Of a stretch of 64,000 bases of DNA, positions 9,901 to 18,707 are shown piece after piece. A program made the position numbers and the translations under genes. Each line of letters opens with the position of its first letter. Position 1 is the stretch's first letter. The stretch comes from Verrucomicrobiales bacterium (GTDB lineage: Bacteria; Verrucomicrobiota; Verrucomicrobiia; Limisphaerales; JAYPEY01). The stretch lies in the NCBI GenBank assembly GCA_038126235.1, contig JAYPFK010000034.1, positions 17,906 to 81,905 of the forward strand, in the 5' to 3' direction. The notes below the pieces were generated by a model. It was not told the DNA's origin, ran no database searches, and worked only from the letters and a program-made list of their open reading frames with translations.

Positions 9901-12683
9901 GGACGATCACCCTGGAGGTGGAGGCGTTCGCGTTCGGTTCGGAGAATCTGCTGAGCAACAGCGGTTTCGAGGACGGGCTCTCTGGATGGAGCGATGCGGG
10001 GGGTGTCGCGGGGACGACGACGGAAGAGGCCTACGTCTATCGCGGTTCGGCGGCGGGCTCGATCTCCAACACGTTCGGCTACGCGCGCCTCAGAAACGAC
10101 GCCCTTGTCGGCTTTCGCGCCGGCCGCAGCTACCGCGCCTCGGCCTTCGTCAAGGACGGGTATTCCGGCGTTGCCGAAGGTTTCGAACTGGATCCCTTCG
10201 CGGGTTTTGGGGCGGAGGTGTCGAGACGATGGTTCGGCGATTGGGAGCGCATCGGGGCCGTGCAGTCGTTCGACGAATACCGGGCCGCCCGCATCTGGCT
10301 GCTGAACTGGTCCGCCCCCTTGCCCTACCGGACCTATTTCGTGGATGACTTTGAGCTGAGGGAGATCGTGGTGGAGCCGTTTGCATACCAGTGGTTCAAG
10401 GACGGGGAGCCGTTGCCGGGAGAGACCGACGCCACGCTGACTCTTGCGGGTGTGATGTCGGCTGTGGCGGGAGTCTACACCGTGAAGGTAAGCGCCTCCG
10501 GGGGCGTTGCCACGAGCGAGGGCGCCACGTTGGCGCTCGCCCCCAGTCCCCCGGTCATCACCCTGCAACCGGTCTCGCGGACCGTGAACGCGGGGGAGTC
10601 GGCGACGTTTTCGGTGTCGGTTTCCGGCAGCGCGCCGATGACCAACCAGTGGCGGAAGGGCGGCGTCGATATTCCCGGGGCGACGGGGACGACACTGACA
10701 ATCAGCGACGCGGAATCGGGAGACACCGGGCTCTACTCGGTCGCCGTCAGCAACGCGGTGGGCAGCGTGACGAGTTCGATCGCGGGACTGAGAGTCTATC
10801 GGCCGGCCGATTCGCTCGCGATGTGGGGCGACGATGAGGAAGGCAAATCGACGCCGCCTCCCGGCCTGCCGCCGCTGAGGCAGGTGTCCGCGGGCGGGCA
10901 CCACACTCTGGTGTTGGGCGAGGACGGCGTTGTCAGGGGATGGGGACTCAACACCTTGGGCCAGGTCGATATTCCGGCGATGGGGAGCGTGTCGATGGTC
11001 GCGGCCGGCGGGTTCCACTCAGTGGCGCTGTTGGAGGGCGGATCGGTTGTCGCTTGGGGACAGATCCGCGCGGGAATGGAGATTCCGGCGTCAGAAGACA
11101 GTGTCTGGGCCGTGGTTGCGGGACCTGGATATACCGCCGTGTTGCGTCTGGACGGCACGGTGGGTTCCTACGTGGCGAACAACTTCGACTGGGGGAGCGA
11201 GCCGGCGCCGGATTTTGGGCAGCCCGTGAAGAAGCTTGCCGGCGGGACGACACATCTGATTGCGCTGCTGGAAGACGGCAGCGTGCGTGCGTGGGGAGAC
11301 AATTCGGGGGGGCAGACCGACGTTCCGCAGGGACTCCAGAATGTCGTCGATGTCGCCGGTGGGGTGGCGCATTCGGCGGCGCTGCTGGCGGATGGAAGCG
11401 TGGTCGTCTGGGGCGGCTCCTCCGGCGGCTGGGAGAATGAGCCGGTCTTCAAAGCGCCGCTTGTCGCGATCGCATCGGGCCACCAGCACGTTCTGGCGAT
11501 TGATGAAGAAGGCGAACTATACGCGTGGGGCGGGGACTTCTACGGGCAGGCCACCCCGCCGGCGAGTTATTCGGGTGTTGTGGGGATTTCGGGAGGATGG
11601 AATCACAGCGCCGCGATCTACTCGGGCCCCTACATCTCGCGGCAACCGCAATTCGTCCAAAGCGGTCCCTTCAACACGGGCGACACGGTCACGATCACGG
11701 TGGTCGCCGGCGGCGATCCTGCGCCCGGATTCCGTTGGCGGAAAGACGGCAACCCGCTTTCCGACGGCGGGAGCATCGCTGGAAGCGGATCCGCGAGCCT
11801 GACCATCTCTCCCGTGGCGCTGACGGATTCCGGGACCTACGACGTCGTGGTCGAAAACCAGTCTGGAATGGCGGCGAATGGCGTGCCGGTTGTGCTGGAG
11901 GTCGGTGAGATTCCGACTCTGGCATTGCAGTTGGCGCCGCAGTCCGTCTGCGCCGGGGCGGCGGCCGTCTTCATGACACAGGCTGCCGGGACGCCGCCGC
12001 CTTCCTTTGTCTGGCGCAGGGGGACGGTGGTGATTCCGGACGAAACCGGACCGACTCTGGCTGTGATGAACGCCGCCGCTTCCGATTCAGGAATCTACTC
12101 CGTCCAGGCCGTGAACAATCGCGGGGAGTCGGCTGTTTCGGCGGCAGCGCTGACGGTGGTCGGGAAACCGATGATTGTCGCCCAACCGGCGTTGGTCCAC
12201 GCGGACAAGGGCGGGACGGCGATCTTGGAAGTGAAGTCCGTCGGAGCCACCTCATTCAAATGGTTTCGTGATGGCGTTGAACTGGTCGGCGAGTCGGGAC
12301 CCACGTTGGTCATCGGGGACGTTCAACCGGCGAACGCCGGCGAATACACCTTTCAGGCCCACAACGATTGCGATTTTGCCGAGGGTTTGCCGATCCGGTT
12401 CTTGATCCGGCATTTACGCGCTCCCCGGTTCTCCGAAGGGAAGTTCGGCTTCAATCTCGACGGGGAATCGGGCCAGATCTGGATCTTCCAGGTTTCGAGC
12501 GATCTCACGACATGGACGGAAGTCGGGCGGGTTACGCTGGATTCCGAGGGCGTTCCGACAAGCATCTCGAGCGATCCCGGCATGACCTATTCCACGTCGC
12601 TGGTGATTCAGAACGGACGTGTGATGGACAGCGCGTCGGATCCGCAACAGACGACCCGGATGTATCGGATACTGAAGCCGTAG
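6990..12683 (+). CDS. Giant secreted multi-domain surface protein: NHL repeats, delta-60-type repeats, CBM-like domain, RCC1 repeats and several Ig-like domains
   Basis: Signal peptide at the ATG at 6990. There are at least 9 NHL blades ('NxPxGVAVDSAGNIYVAD..NHRIRKI'), 'DGSLDxxF..GG.F' delta-60-type repeats, a CBM4/9-like 'NSGFEDGLSGW' domain, RCC1 repeats ('GGHHTLVLGEDGVVRGWGLNTLGQ'), and Ig-like domains of about 90 aa. Confidence 0.85.
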   Translation: MSLCAASLLLLTAVGSFASGTLNFRTYNTFQGPFVHDTDGSTRLGADFKGQIYAGPAADQLSAVGQAAQFGTENGTPDSLFLGAIVSVASEVVVPAVGDNAVGFYQIRAWDGAYATFEAARASVGAKIGMSDVVQVTFGSDGGGGSPSVGPDVNGFQSFSLAASTAEPTYYVIAGPLEVTAGFDAGDSDGIRGSARFNVPRGVAVDSAGNILVADSNNRKIRKIDREGVVTTVAGSGEEGVADLTGTAASFVNPSGVAVDSAGNIYVAGGNSHKIRKISPAGEVSTLAGTGSPGADDGPGASASFNRPHDLAVDSGGNVYVADHENHKIRKITQAGEVSTLAGSGAAVFADGQGAAAGFKNPYGLDIDAAGNIFVADRYNHRIRKITPAGEVSTVAGSGGFGVVDGPAASAEFRHPLDVAIDARGAMYVADEADNLIRKIGVDGQVSTLFGSGATAGILQDPFGISVDGDGNLVVADSGNSRIVGILVNDVAPIVEGLPETRTATEGESVSWSVTVHSLSTPTFQWFSNSVAIAGADTASLNLGPARLDWAAEYSVVVSNASGRRTNSVSLTVTPDSGGQGGIDHDFYVAEGLQGAVNAIAIQPDGRVLIGGVFGNFDGASPPERVNLARLNEDGSLDATFAVVVNNAVNAIALQPDGRIVIGGDFTSVGGVPRNRVARLNADGSLDALFLNAPASGFNGEVNSVLVDGSGRIVVGGAFTAINGYGRNRVARLNADGSLDTSFDPGTGADAVIHDMEELLEGGFLAGGAFTSFDGNPSFRRLVRLGSDGSPDAGFLTAINGTAVHDIEVQPDGRIVLGGDFNVVTAVPAGVSGKQAVGYWLNLIRLNSDGRPDATFDTGGNPSAAVRAVDLLADGRLLIGGDFTSYDGTPRLRVARVNADGSLDAGFDPPGHGVNDMVKAVAQDGGRTAYIGGAFTGFNDGRQLPYFARLHSGAAPTITVQPQSATVAEGGTITLEVEAFAFGSENLLSNSGFEDGLSGWSDAGGVAGTTTEEAYVYRGSAAGSISNTFGYARLRNDALVGFRAGRSYRASAFVKDGYSGVAEGFELDPFAGFGAEVSRRWFGDWERIGAVQSFDEYRAARIWLLNWSAPLPYRTYFVDDFELREIVVEPFAYQWFKDGEPLPGETDATLTLAGVMSAVAGVYTVKVSASGGVATSEGATLALAPSPPVITLQPVSRTVNAGESATFSVSVSGSAPMTNQWRKGGVDIPGATGTTLTISDAESGDTGLYSVAVSNAVGSVTSSIAGLRVYRPADSLAMWGDDEEGKSTPPPGLPPLRQVSAGGHHTLVLGEDGVVRGWGLNTLGQVDIPAMGSVSMVAAGGFHSVALLEGGSVVAWGQIRAGMEIPASEDSVWAVVAGPGYTAVLRLDGTVGSYVANNFDWGSEPAPDFGQPVKKLAGGTTHLIALLEDGSVRAWGDNSGGQTDVPQGLQNVVDVAGGVAHSAALLADGSVVVWGGSSGGWENEPVFKAPLVAIASGHQHVLAIDEEGELYAWGGDFYGQATPPASYSGVVGISGGWNHSAAIYSGPYISRQPQFVQSGPFNTGDTVTITVVAGGDPAPGFRWRKDGNPLSDGGSIAGSGSASLTISPVALTDSGTYDVVVENQSGMAANGVPVVLEVGEIPTLALQLAPQSVCAGAAAVFMTQAAGTPPPSFVWRRGTVVIPDETGPTLAVMNAAASDSGIYSVQAVNNRGESAVSAAALTVVGKPMIVAQPALVHADKGGTAILEVKSVGATSFKWFRDGVELVGESGPTLVIGDVQPANAGEYTFQAHNDCDFAEGLPIRFLIRHLRAPRFSEGKFGFNLDGESGQIWIFQVSSDLTTWTEVGRVTLDSEGVPTSISSDPGMTYSTSLVIQNGRVMDSASDPQQTTRMYRILKP

Positions 12684-12901
12684 GGAATCGAGGGCGGCGA
12701 TGTGTCTGTGCCGGGGGGAGGGGGTGGTTCCTTTCTCACGAGGTTGAGTGAAAACTCCTCCGCTTGGTGGCAGACGAGGTGACGAGGCTCATTTGTCGAT
12801 GACTTACGACGGAGAATGAGCCTCCCCACGTCGGCTGCCACCCTTTTCAAACAGGGGCCATTGAGCGCCATCGGAGCGGGCCAACCACACTGGCCGATGC
12901 T

Positions 12902-13927
12902 TCACTTCGTCCGGATCTTCTTGGGCGGCTTGGCGGCGCTGGCACGGACGACGATTTCGGCGGGGAGGCGGCGGGGGGGAGGCGTTTCGCCGGCGAGGAG
13001 CTTCTGCATCGATTCCACGGCGGCGACGCCCATGCCGTATTTGGGCTGGCGGACGGTGGTCATCGGCACGCGGAAATACTCGCTGGTCAGGACGTTGCCG
13101 AAGCCGACGACCGAGACATCGTCGGGAATCCTGAAGCCCTGGTCGAGGAGGGTCGCGGCGGCGCCGATGGCGATGAGGTCGTTGGCGGCCTGGAGGGCGG
13201 TGAATCCGGGAGCTTCGCCAAGCATCTGAACGGCGGCGGCGCGGCCTTCTTCGACGGTCGTTCCCGACTGGAACACGAGGCGTTCGTCGAATTCGATCCC
13301 GGCGACCTGGAGCGCGCGGCGGTAGCCCTCGAAGCGTTCTTGGGCCTCGGGCGAGATCTGCGGGCCGGCGAGGAAGGCGATGCGCTTGTGGCCGAGTTCG
13401 AGGAGGTATTCGGTCGCCGCCTGCGAGGCCGAAATGTCGTCGATCTCCACGGTGTGGAAGTCGTTGCAGAAGGGAGCGGCCTGGCCGAGCAGGACGGTGG
13501 GGATTTTGGCGCGACGCAGGACGTCGTAGATCGGCGCCTTGGGCTCCATGCGGTAGACCGGGCGCATGAACAGTCCGTCGATGCGGCGGGAGAGGAAGCT
13601 GCGCACGAGCTGCTCCTCGCGTTCCGCATTGTTCAGGGTGAGCCCGAGCATTAGTTCGTAGCCCATCTCGCTTACGCGCTGCTCGATGGCCATGAGCATG
13701 CGCGAGAAGATGGGGTTCGTGGTCGTGGAGATGAGCAGACCGAAGAGCCGGGCGGAACGGTTGCGCAGGCCCCGGGCGTTGGAGTCCGGGACGTAGCCCA
13801 TCTCGCTGGCCAAGGCGCGGACGCGCGCCTTGGTGGCGGCCGAGATGTCGCGCGCGTCGCGCATGACCTTGGACACGGTCATGACGGACACGTTGGCGCG
13901 TTCGGCGATGTCTTTCAGGCGGACCAT
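12902..13927 (-). CDS. LacI-family transcriptional regulator
   Basis: N-terminal HTH 'VRLKDIAERANVSVMTVSKVM' plus a periplasmic-binding-fold C-terminal domain. Confidence 0.9.
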   Translation of the reverse strand: MVRLKDIAERANVSVMTVSKVMRDARDISAATKARVRALASEMGYVPDSNARGLRNRSARLFGLLISTTTNPIFSRMLMAIEQRVSEMGYELMLGLTLNNAEREEQLVRSFLSRRIDGLFMRPVYRMEPKAPIYDVLRRAKIPTVLLGQAAPFCNDFHTVEIDDISASQAATEYLLELGHKRIAFLAGPQISPEAQERFEGYRRALQVAGIEFDERLVFQSGTTVEEGRAAAVQMLGEAPGFTALQAANDLIAIGAAATLLDQGFRIPDDVSVVGFGNVLTSEYFRVPMTTVRQPKYGMGVAAVESMQKLLAGETPPPRRLPAEIVVRASAAKPPKKIRTK

Positions 13928-14118
13928 GTTCGGCGGGCGGGAAAGGGCTCAGGCCAAGAACGGCGGTTGAAAGGCGAGGTCTGGAGCAATCGGCTTGGAG
14001 CGGTGGAGTTGTGGAGTCGTGGAGTTGTTGGGATTTGCCCGAAAGCTGAGCGAATTCCAATACTCCAATCCTCCGCCACTCCATCATTCCGTTTGAGTTC
14101 GAGATGCATGCTTCAGGC

Positions 14119-15003
14119 TCAGATATTGGAGCCGCTCCAGTTGAGTTTCTGGTTGAGGGTCTTGAAAAAGGACGTCCCTTCCAGGCGCAGGAGGCGCACG
14201 ATGCGGCGGCTCTTGCGGATGACGATTTCGTCGCCGGCGGAGAGGTCGGAGATGACCTGGCCGTCGGAGGCCATGATGGTGGCGGGCTTGCGGTTCAGGA
14301 CCTTCACGCGCACGGCGGAGCTGAGGCTCACCAGCACGGAGCGGTTGGAGAGCGTGTGGGGGCAGATCGGCGTGATTGTGAACACCTCGGCGGAGGGGCA
14401 GACGATCGCGCCGCCCGCCGAGAGCGAGTAGGCGGTCGATCCGGTGGGCGAGCTGACGATCAGACCGTCGCAGCGGTAGGTGGTCAGGGCGACTCCGTCC
14501 ACGGCGACTTCCAGCTCAATCATCCTGGAGGCGGCGCCGCGGGTGATGACGAAATCGTTCAGCGCGTGTTGTGCCTCCTTTCTGCCGGCTCCGGGCACGA
14601 CGGCCTCGATCAGGTGGCGGGAGTCGATGTCGAAGCGGCCCTCCCAGACGAGGTTCAGGGCCGCGGCGGTCTGGTCGGAGGGGACGGCGGTGAGGAAGCC
14701 GAGGCTGCCGAGGTTGATGGCGAGAATCGGGGTGCGGCAGCCTTCGAGGTCGCGGGTCACGCCCAGCATGGTGCCGTCACCGCCGAAGACAAGGAGGAGG
14801 TCGGATTGTCGCGCGACATCGTGGCGGGAGTCGCAGGCGTGATCCTTGAGGCCGGTCATGCGGGCCGTGGCCGTGTGGACGAGGACCTCGCGGCCGGCCT
14901 TCCGGATGGCGGCGGCGGCCTTGCGGATCACGGCGGCGCCCTCGCGCTTGTCCGTGTTCGCGATCAGTCCGACGCGTTTGATGCTGTCAGCCAACTCTTT
15001 CAA
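14119..15003 (-). CDS. nadK: NAD kinase
   Basis: The 'GGDGT' motif and 'NxGxLGFL' are present. 294 aa. Confidence 0.9.
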   Translation of the reverse strand: MKELADSIKRVGLIANTDKREGAAVIRKAAAAIRKAGREVLVHTATARMTGLKDHACDSRHDVARQSDLLLVFGGDGTMLGVTRDLEGCRTPILAINLGSLGFLTAVPSDQTAAALNLVWEGRFDIDSRHLIEAVVPGAGRKEAQHALNDFVITRGAASRMIELEVAVDGVALTTYRCDGLIVSSPTGSTAYSLSAGGAIVCPSAEVFTITPICPHTLSNRSVLVSLSSAVRVKVLNRKPATIMASDGQVISDLSAGDEIVIRKSRRIVRLLRLEGTSFFKTLNQKLNWSGSNI

Positions 15004-15730
15004 TGTGGGTCAGGAATTCTTTGTTTCCGGCGGGGCCGTGCAGGGGGGATTCCGTGCAGCCCTTCCATTCCGCTTCGGGGAGGTCATCGACGAAGGACCT
15101 GAGCTCCGCGATCACCCGTTCGTGGACATCGGGGTCGCGGATGACGCCCGCGCCCTTGTCGGCCTCGGCCTTGCCCGCCTCGAACTGCGGCTTGATCAGG
15201 GCGGCGATGCTACCAGAGGGCCGGAGCAATGCAACCGCGACGGGCAGCAGCATGCGCAGGGAGATGAAGGAGCAGTCGATCACGATGAGGTCGACGGGAC
15301 GGAAGCCGGGCTCGAAGGACCCGGGCGTCAGCGAGCGGGCGTTGGTCTTTTCCATCACGACGACGCGGGGATCCTGCCGGAGTTTCCAGGCCAGTTGGCC
15401 GCGGCCGACATCCACCGCGTAGACCTTTGCGGCTCCGCGTTGGAGCAGGCAGTCGGTGAAGCCCCCGGTCGAGGCTCCCAGGTCGATGGCCGTGACTCCG
15501 TCAGCGGAGATCCTGAAATGCTCCAGCGCGCGCTCGATCTTGAAGCCGCCGCGGCTGACGAACTTCTCCGTGGTCTTGAGGGCGACGGAATCATCGTCCC
15601 GCACCTTGTCGCTGGGTTTGTGGGCGAGTTGGCCGTTGATGAGGGCCTGGCCGGCGAGGATGAGGCGCTTGGCTCTTTCCCGGCTTTCGCTCAAGCCGCG
15701 ATCCACCAGCGCCTGGTCGAGTCGCGACAT
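14987..15730 (-). CDS. tlyA: TlyA-family rRNA 2'-O-methyltransferase (S4 domain plus FtsJ fold)
   Basis: S4 domain 'RLDQALVDRGL..SRERAKRLI' and SAM-binding 'DLGASTGGFTD'. It overlaps the nadK start by 17 bp. Confidence 0.85.
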   Translation of the reverse strand: MSRLDQALVDRGLSESRERAKRLILAGQALINGQLAHKPSDKVRDDDSVALKTTEKFVSRGGFKIERALEHFRISADGVTAIDLGASTGGFTDCLLQRGAAKVYAVDVGRGQLAWKLRQDPRVVVMEKTNARSLTPGSFEPGFRPVDLIVIDCSFISLRMLLPVAVALLRPSGSIAALIKPQFEAGKAEADKGAGVIRDPDVHERVIAELRSFVDDLPEAEWKGCTESPLHGPAGNKEFLTHIERVG

Positions 15731-15776
15731 GGCGGCGAAGTCGGGAAGGGGAAGGGTCGGTTCCGGGCGACGAGGC

Positions 15777-16235
15777 TCAGCTCTCCGCGAGCTTCTTTTG
15801 AACGTCGAAGTAGGTGCGGAGGAAGGTTTCGTTGTCGCCGATCACCTTCTGCAGCAGCGGCTTGATGTTCTCCAGTTCCGCCGGGTTCACGACCGCGTGG
15901 ACGCTTTGCCTGAAGCCCTGCATGGGGTTCAGGGTTTCAAAGGCGGAGCCGATCAGCAGGAGGGTGCAGTGCCGGCGCAGCGCCATCTGCATCGTCTGGA
16001 CGCCCTCCAAGGTCTTGTTTTCGGCAATGGAGCCGCCGCCGAAGTTCTCCTCGATCACCATCACCTCGTAGCTCGCCTGGGCGAACTGGGAGGGGAACTT
16101 CTCGTGGTTCTCGACGTTGTGGACGACATAGCCGAGTTCCTGAAGGGCGCCATCGACCCTGGCCCGGGTTTCGTCGTTCTGGATGGCCGTCAAGGCGGGT
16201 TTGTCGTCCGCGCTGAGAAATGCAAAGTCTGACAT
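15777..16235 (-). CDS. Receiver-like (pseudo-response-regulator) domain protein; hypothetical
   Basis: Alternating beta/alpha pattern resembling a CheY fold, but the phospho-Asp position is Glu. It is co-oriented directly downstream of the pilT paralogs. Confidence 0.4.
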   Translation of the reverse strand: MSDFAFLSADDKPALTAIQNDETRARVDGALQELGYVVHNVENHEKFPSQFAQASYEVMVIEENFGGGSIAENKTLEGVQTMQMALRRHCTLLLIGSAFETLNPMQGFRQSVHAVVNPAELENIKPLLQKVIGDNETFLRTYFDVQKKLAES

Positions 16236-16244
16236 GATGTAACC

Positions 16245-17489
16245 TTACTTGAGTTTGAGTTTCATTCCGCCGCCGCCGCCGCCGCCGGAGGGTTTGGCGC
16301 CGCCGAGGCCCGGGGAGGCCGCGGGTTTGGGCGCTTCTTCCTCCTTCAGCTTCAGTTCGTCGCCGGAGGAGGTGGCCTCGCCGCGCTCGGTCTTCACGTT
16401 GTCGATCAGGCGGCTGACCACACCCTTCTTCGTGCAGTAGAGGGCGGCGTTTTCCTCGGTGATCTCCCCGGCCTTGTAGGCATCGACGCAGGCGCGATCG
16501 AAGTGTTTCCAGCCGAAGACCTCGGAATCCTGGATGATCTCGTAGAAGGAGCGGCCCTCGGCCTCGCCCTGGGTGATGGCATCCTTGATCCGGAGGTTGC
16601 TGCCCATGATTTCCAGCAGGGCCTTGCGGCCGCCGCCAATCCTGGGAGCCAGACGCTGGGAGACGACCCACCGGAGGGTGTCCGCCAGACGCAGCCGGAT
16701 CTGCTCCTGCTCGTCGGTGTCGAACATGCCGAGAATACGGTTGATGGTCTGGCCGGCGTCAATGGTGTGCAGGGTGCTCATGACCAAGTGGCCCGTCTCT
16801 GCCGCGCTGAGGCCCAGTTCCACGGTCTCGCGGTCGCGCATCTCACCGACAAGCACGACCTTGGGAGCCTGGCGCAGGGCGGCGCGAAGTCCGCTGGCAA
16901 AGGAGTCGAAATCCGTGCCCATCTCGCGTTGGTTGAAGGTCGCGGTCTTCTGCGGATGCACGAATTCGACCGGGTCCTCCAGCGTGACCACGTGGACGGA
17001 CTTGGTCTCATTCACGTAGTTCAACAACGCGGCCAGCGTGGTGGATTTACCGGAGCCGGTGGCTCCAGTGACGAGGACCAGACCGGTTTTTTCCTTCGCG
17101 ATCTTGTCCGCGAAGATGCCAGGGAGTTTGAGCTGCTCGATGGTGGGGATCTCCGTGTTCAACTTACGCAGGACGCAGGAGTAGTTGCCCCGTTGGGAGA
17201 AGATGTTCACACGGAAGCGGGCGACTCCGGGCACGAAGTAGGAAGAGTCGCAGGAACCGGTGCGTTGCAGGTCCTCAGTGAGGCGCCGGACGCCGCCGAC
17301 GAGGTTCAGCGCAACCATCTCGGTCTGGAAGGGCGTCAGTTTCGCAACATCGGGTTCGATGTCCACCTTGACGAGTTGGCCGGAATTCTCGACCTGCAGG
17401 GGTTTGTCGACCGTGATGTTGAGGTCGGACACGTCGTCCTGCGAATGCAACATCGTGGTGAGGATGTAATTCAGTTCGTTTGCGCGCAT
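16245..17489 (-). CDS. pilU: Type IV pilus retraction ATPase, PilT/PilU family, with a Gly/Lys-rich C-terminal tail
   Basis: Walker A 'GATGSGKSTT', Asp box, Walker B and His box are present. The C-terminal extension ends 'GGAKPSGGGGGGGMKLKLK'. Confidence 0.85.
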   Translation of the reverse strand: MRANELNYILTTMLHSQDDVSDLNITVDKPLQVENSGQLVKVDIEPDVAKLTPFQTEMVALNLVGGVRRLTEDLQRTGSCDSSYFVPGVARFRVNIFSQRGNYSCVLRKLNTEIPTIEQLKLPGIFADKIAKEKTGLVLVTGATGSGKSTTLAALLNYVNETKSVHVVTLEDPVEFVHPQKTATFNQREMGTDFDSFASGLRAALRQAPKVVLVGEMRDRETVELGLSAAETGHLVMSTLHTIDAGQTINRILGMFDTDEQEQIRLRLADTLRWVVSQRLAPRIGGGRKALLEIMGSNLRIKDAITQGEAEGRSFYEIIQDSEVFGWKHFDRACVDAYKAGEITEENAALYCTKKGVVSRLIDNVKTERGEATSSGDELKLKEEEAPKPAASPGLGGAKPSGGGGGGGMKLKLK

Positions 17490-17532
17490 AAGCCTGGGTG
17501 GGTTGAACGTCTGGGGCGGTCGCGGGTTCAGG

Positions 17533-18645
17533 TCATTCCATTTCGCCCGATTCCTTCGCCGCCTGCTGGTCCTCCGGCGTGAGGAAGGTGAAGAACTTCT
17601 TCTTGTCGAGGCACTTGTCGAAGGCCTCCTTGGGGGAGATGCGGCGGTTGCGCAGGTGCTCCATGATCGAATCGTCCAGGGGCGTGTTGCCGAGCTTCTT
17701 GCCGACCTGGATCATGCCCGGGATCTGGTGGGTCTTGCCTTCGCGGACGAGGTTCGCGACGGCCGTGGTGAACACCAGGATCTCCAGCGCGGCGACACGG
17801 CCCTTCTTGTCGATCCGCTTGAAGAGGTTCTGCGCGACGACGCCCTTCATGGCTTCGGACAGGGTTGCGCGGATCTTGTTCTGCTGGTCGGCCGGGAACA
17901 CGTCGATGACACGATCGACGGTCTTGGCGGCGGACTGGGTGTGCAGGGTGCCGAACACGAGGTGACCCGTGCTGGCGGCCGTCAGGGCCAGTTCGATGGT
18001 TTCGAGGTCGCGCATCTCACCGACGAGGATGATGTCCGGATCTTCACGCAGGGCTCCTTTGAGCGCCGAGGCGAAGGACACGGTGTGCAGCCCGACCTCG
18101 CGGTGGTTCACCAGGCTGGCCTTGGATTGGTGCACGAATTCGATGGGGTCCTCGACGGTGAGGATGTGGTCCTTCCGGTTTTTGTTCGCGTAGTCGATGA
18201 TCGCGGCGAGGGTGGTGGACTTGCCGGAGCCGGTGGGGCCGGTCACGAGGACCATGCCCTTGTTGAGCATGGCGAACTTCTTGAGCACGGGCGGCAGCGG
18301 CGCGTCGAAGCGTTCGAAGTCCTCGAAGGAAAGCACAGTCGAGGGAATCTGGCGGAAGACGGCGGCGACGCCGTTGCGCTGGTTGAAGAAGTTGGCGCGG
18401 AAGCGGGACTTGCCGGGGATCTCGTAACCGAAGTCCACGTCTCCGGTTTCCTCGTAGACCTTCACCTTGTACTCCGGGGTGATCTCGTAGAGCATCTCCT
18501 TGAGGTTGTCGCTTTCCAGCGGTTCCATGTCCAGGCGCTGCAGTTCGCCGCTGATGCGGACGATCGGGGGGCTGCCGGCAGCGAGGTGAAGGTCGGACGC
18601 GCCCTGATCGAGCATGAAATTGAAGAATTGATCGATTTTCGCCAT
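17533..18645 (-). CDS. pilT: Twitching-motility ATPase PilT
   Basis: 370 aa. 'GPTGSGKSTT' and 'ILVGEMRD' are present, with PilT-like N- and C-termini. Confidence 0.9.
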   Translation of the reverse strand: MAKIDQFFNFMLDQGASDLHLAAGSPPIVRISGELQRLDMEPLESDNLKEMLYEITPEYKVKVYEETGDVDFGYEIPGKSRFRANFFNQRNGVAAVFRQIPSTVLSFEDFERFDAPLPPVLKKFAMLNKGMVLVTGPTGSGKSTTLAAIIDYANKNRKDHILTVEDPIEFVHQSKASLVNHREVGLHTVSFASALKGALREDPDIILVGEMRDLETIELALTAASTGHLVFGTLHTQSAAKTVDRVIDVFPADQQNKIRATLSEAMKGVVAQNLFKRIDKKGRVAALEILVFTTAVANLVREGKTHQIPGMIQVGKKLGNTPLDDSIMEHLRNRRISPKEAFDKCLDKKKFFTFLTPEDQQAAKESGEME

Positions 18646-18707
18646 GGTGTTCCCTTTCGCAGAATGACCGCGTTCTTGTAGACCAAACCTCCCGTCCGCG
18701 CAAGCAA

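Noticed and set aside
8697-11018. 773-aa minus-strand ORF inside the giant surface-protein gene
   Set aside because: It is antisense to a plus-strand frame with clear NHL, RCC1 and Ig repeats and has Arg/Pro-rich shadow composition.
12804-14087. 427-aa Arg/Pro-rich minus ORF overlapping the LacI regulator
   Set aside because: It is an out-of-frame overlap of a well-supported LacI gene with shadow-ORF composition.
14104-18681. Plus-strand ORFs (332, 339, 258, 359 and 392 aa) across the nadK-tlyA-pilU-pilT region
   Set aside because: All are antisense to minus-strand genes with strong nadK, tlyA and PilT signatures.
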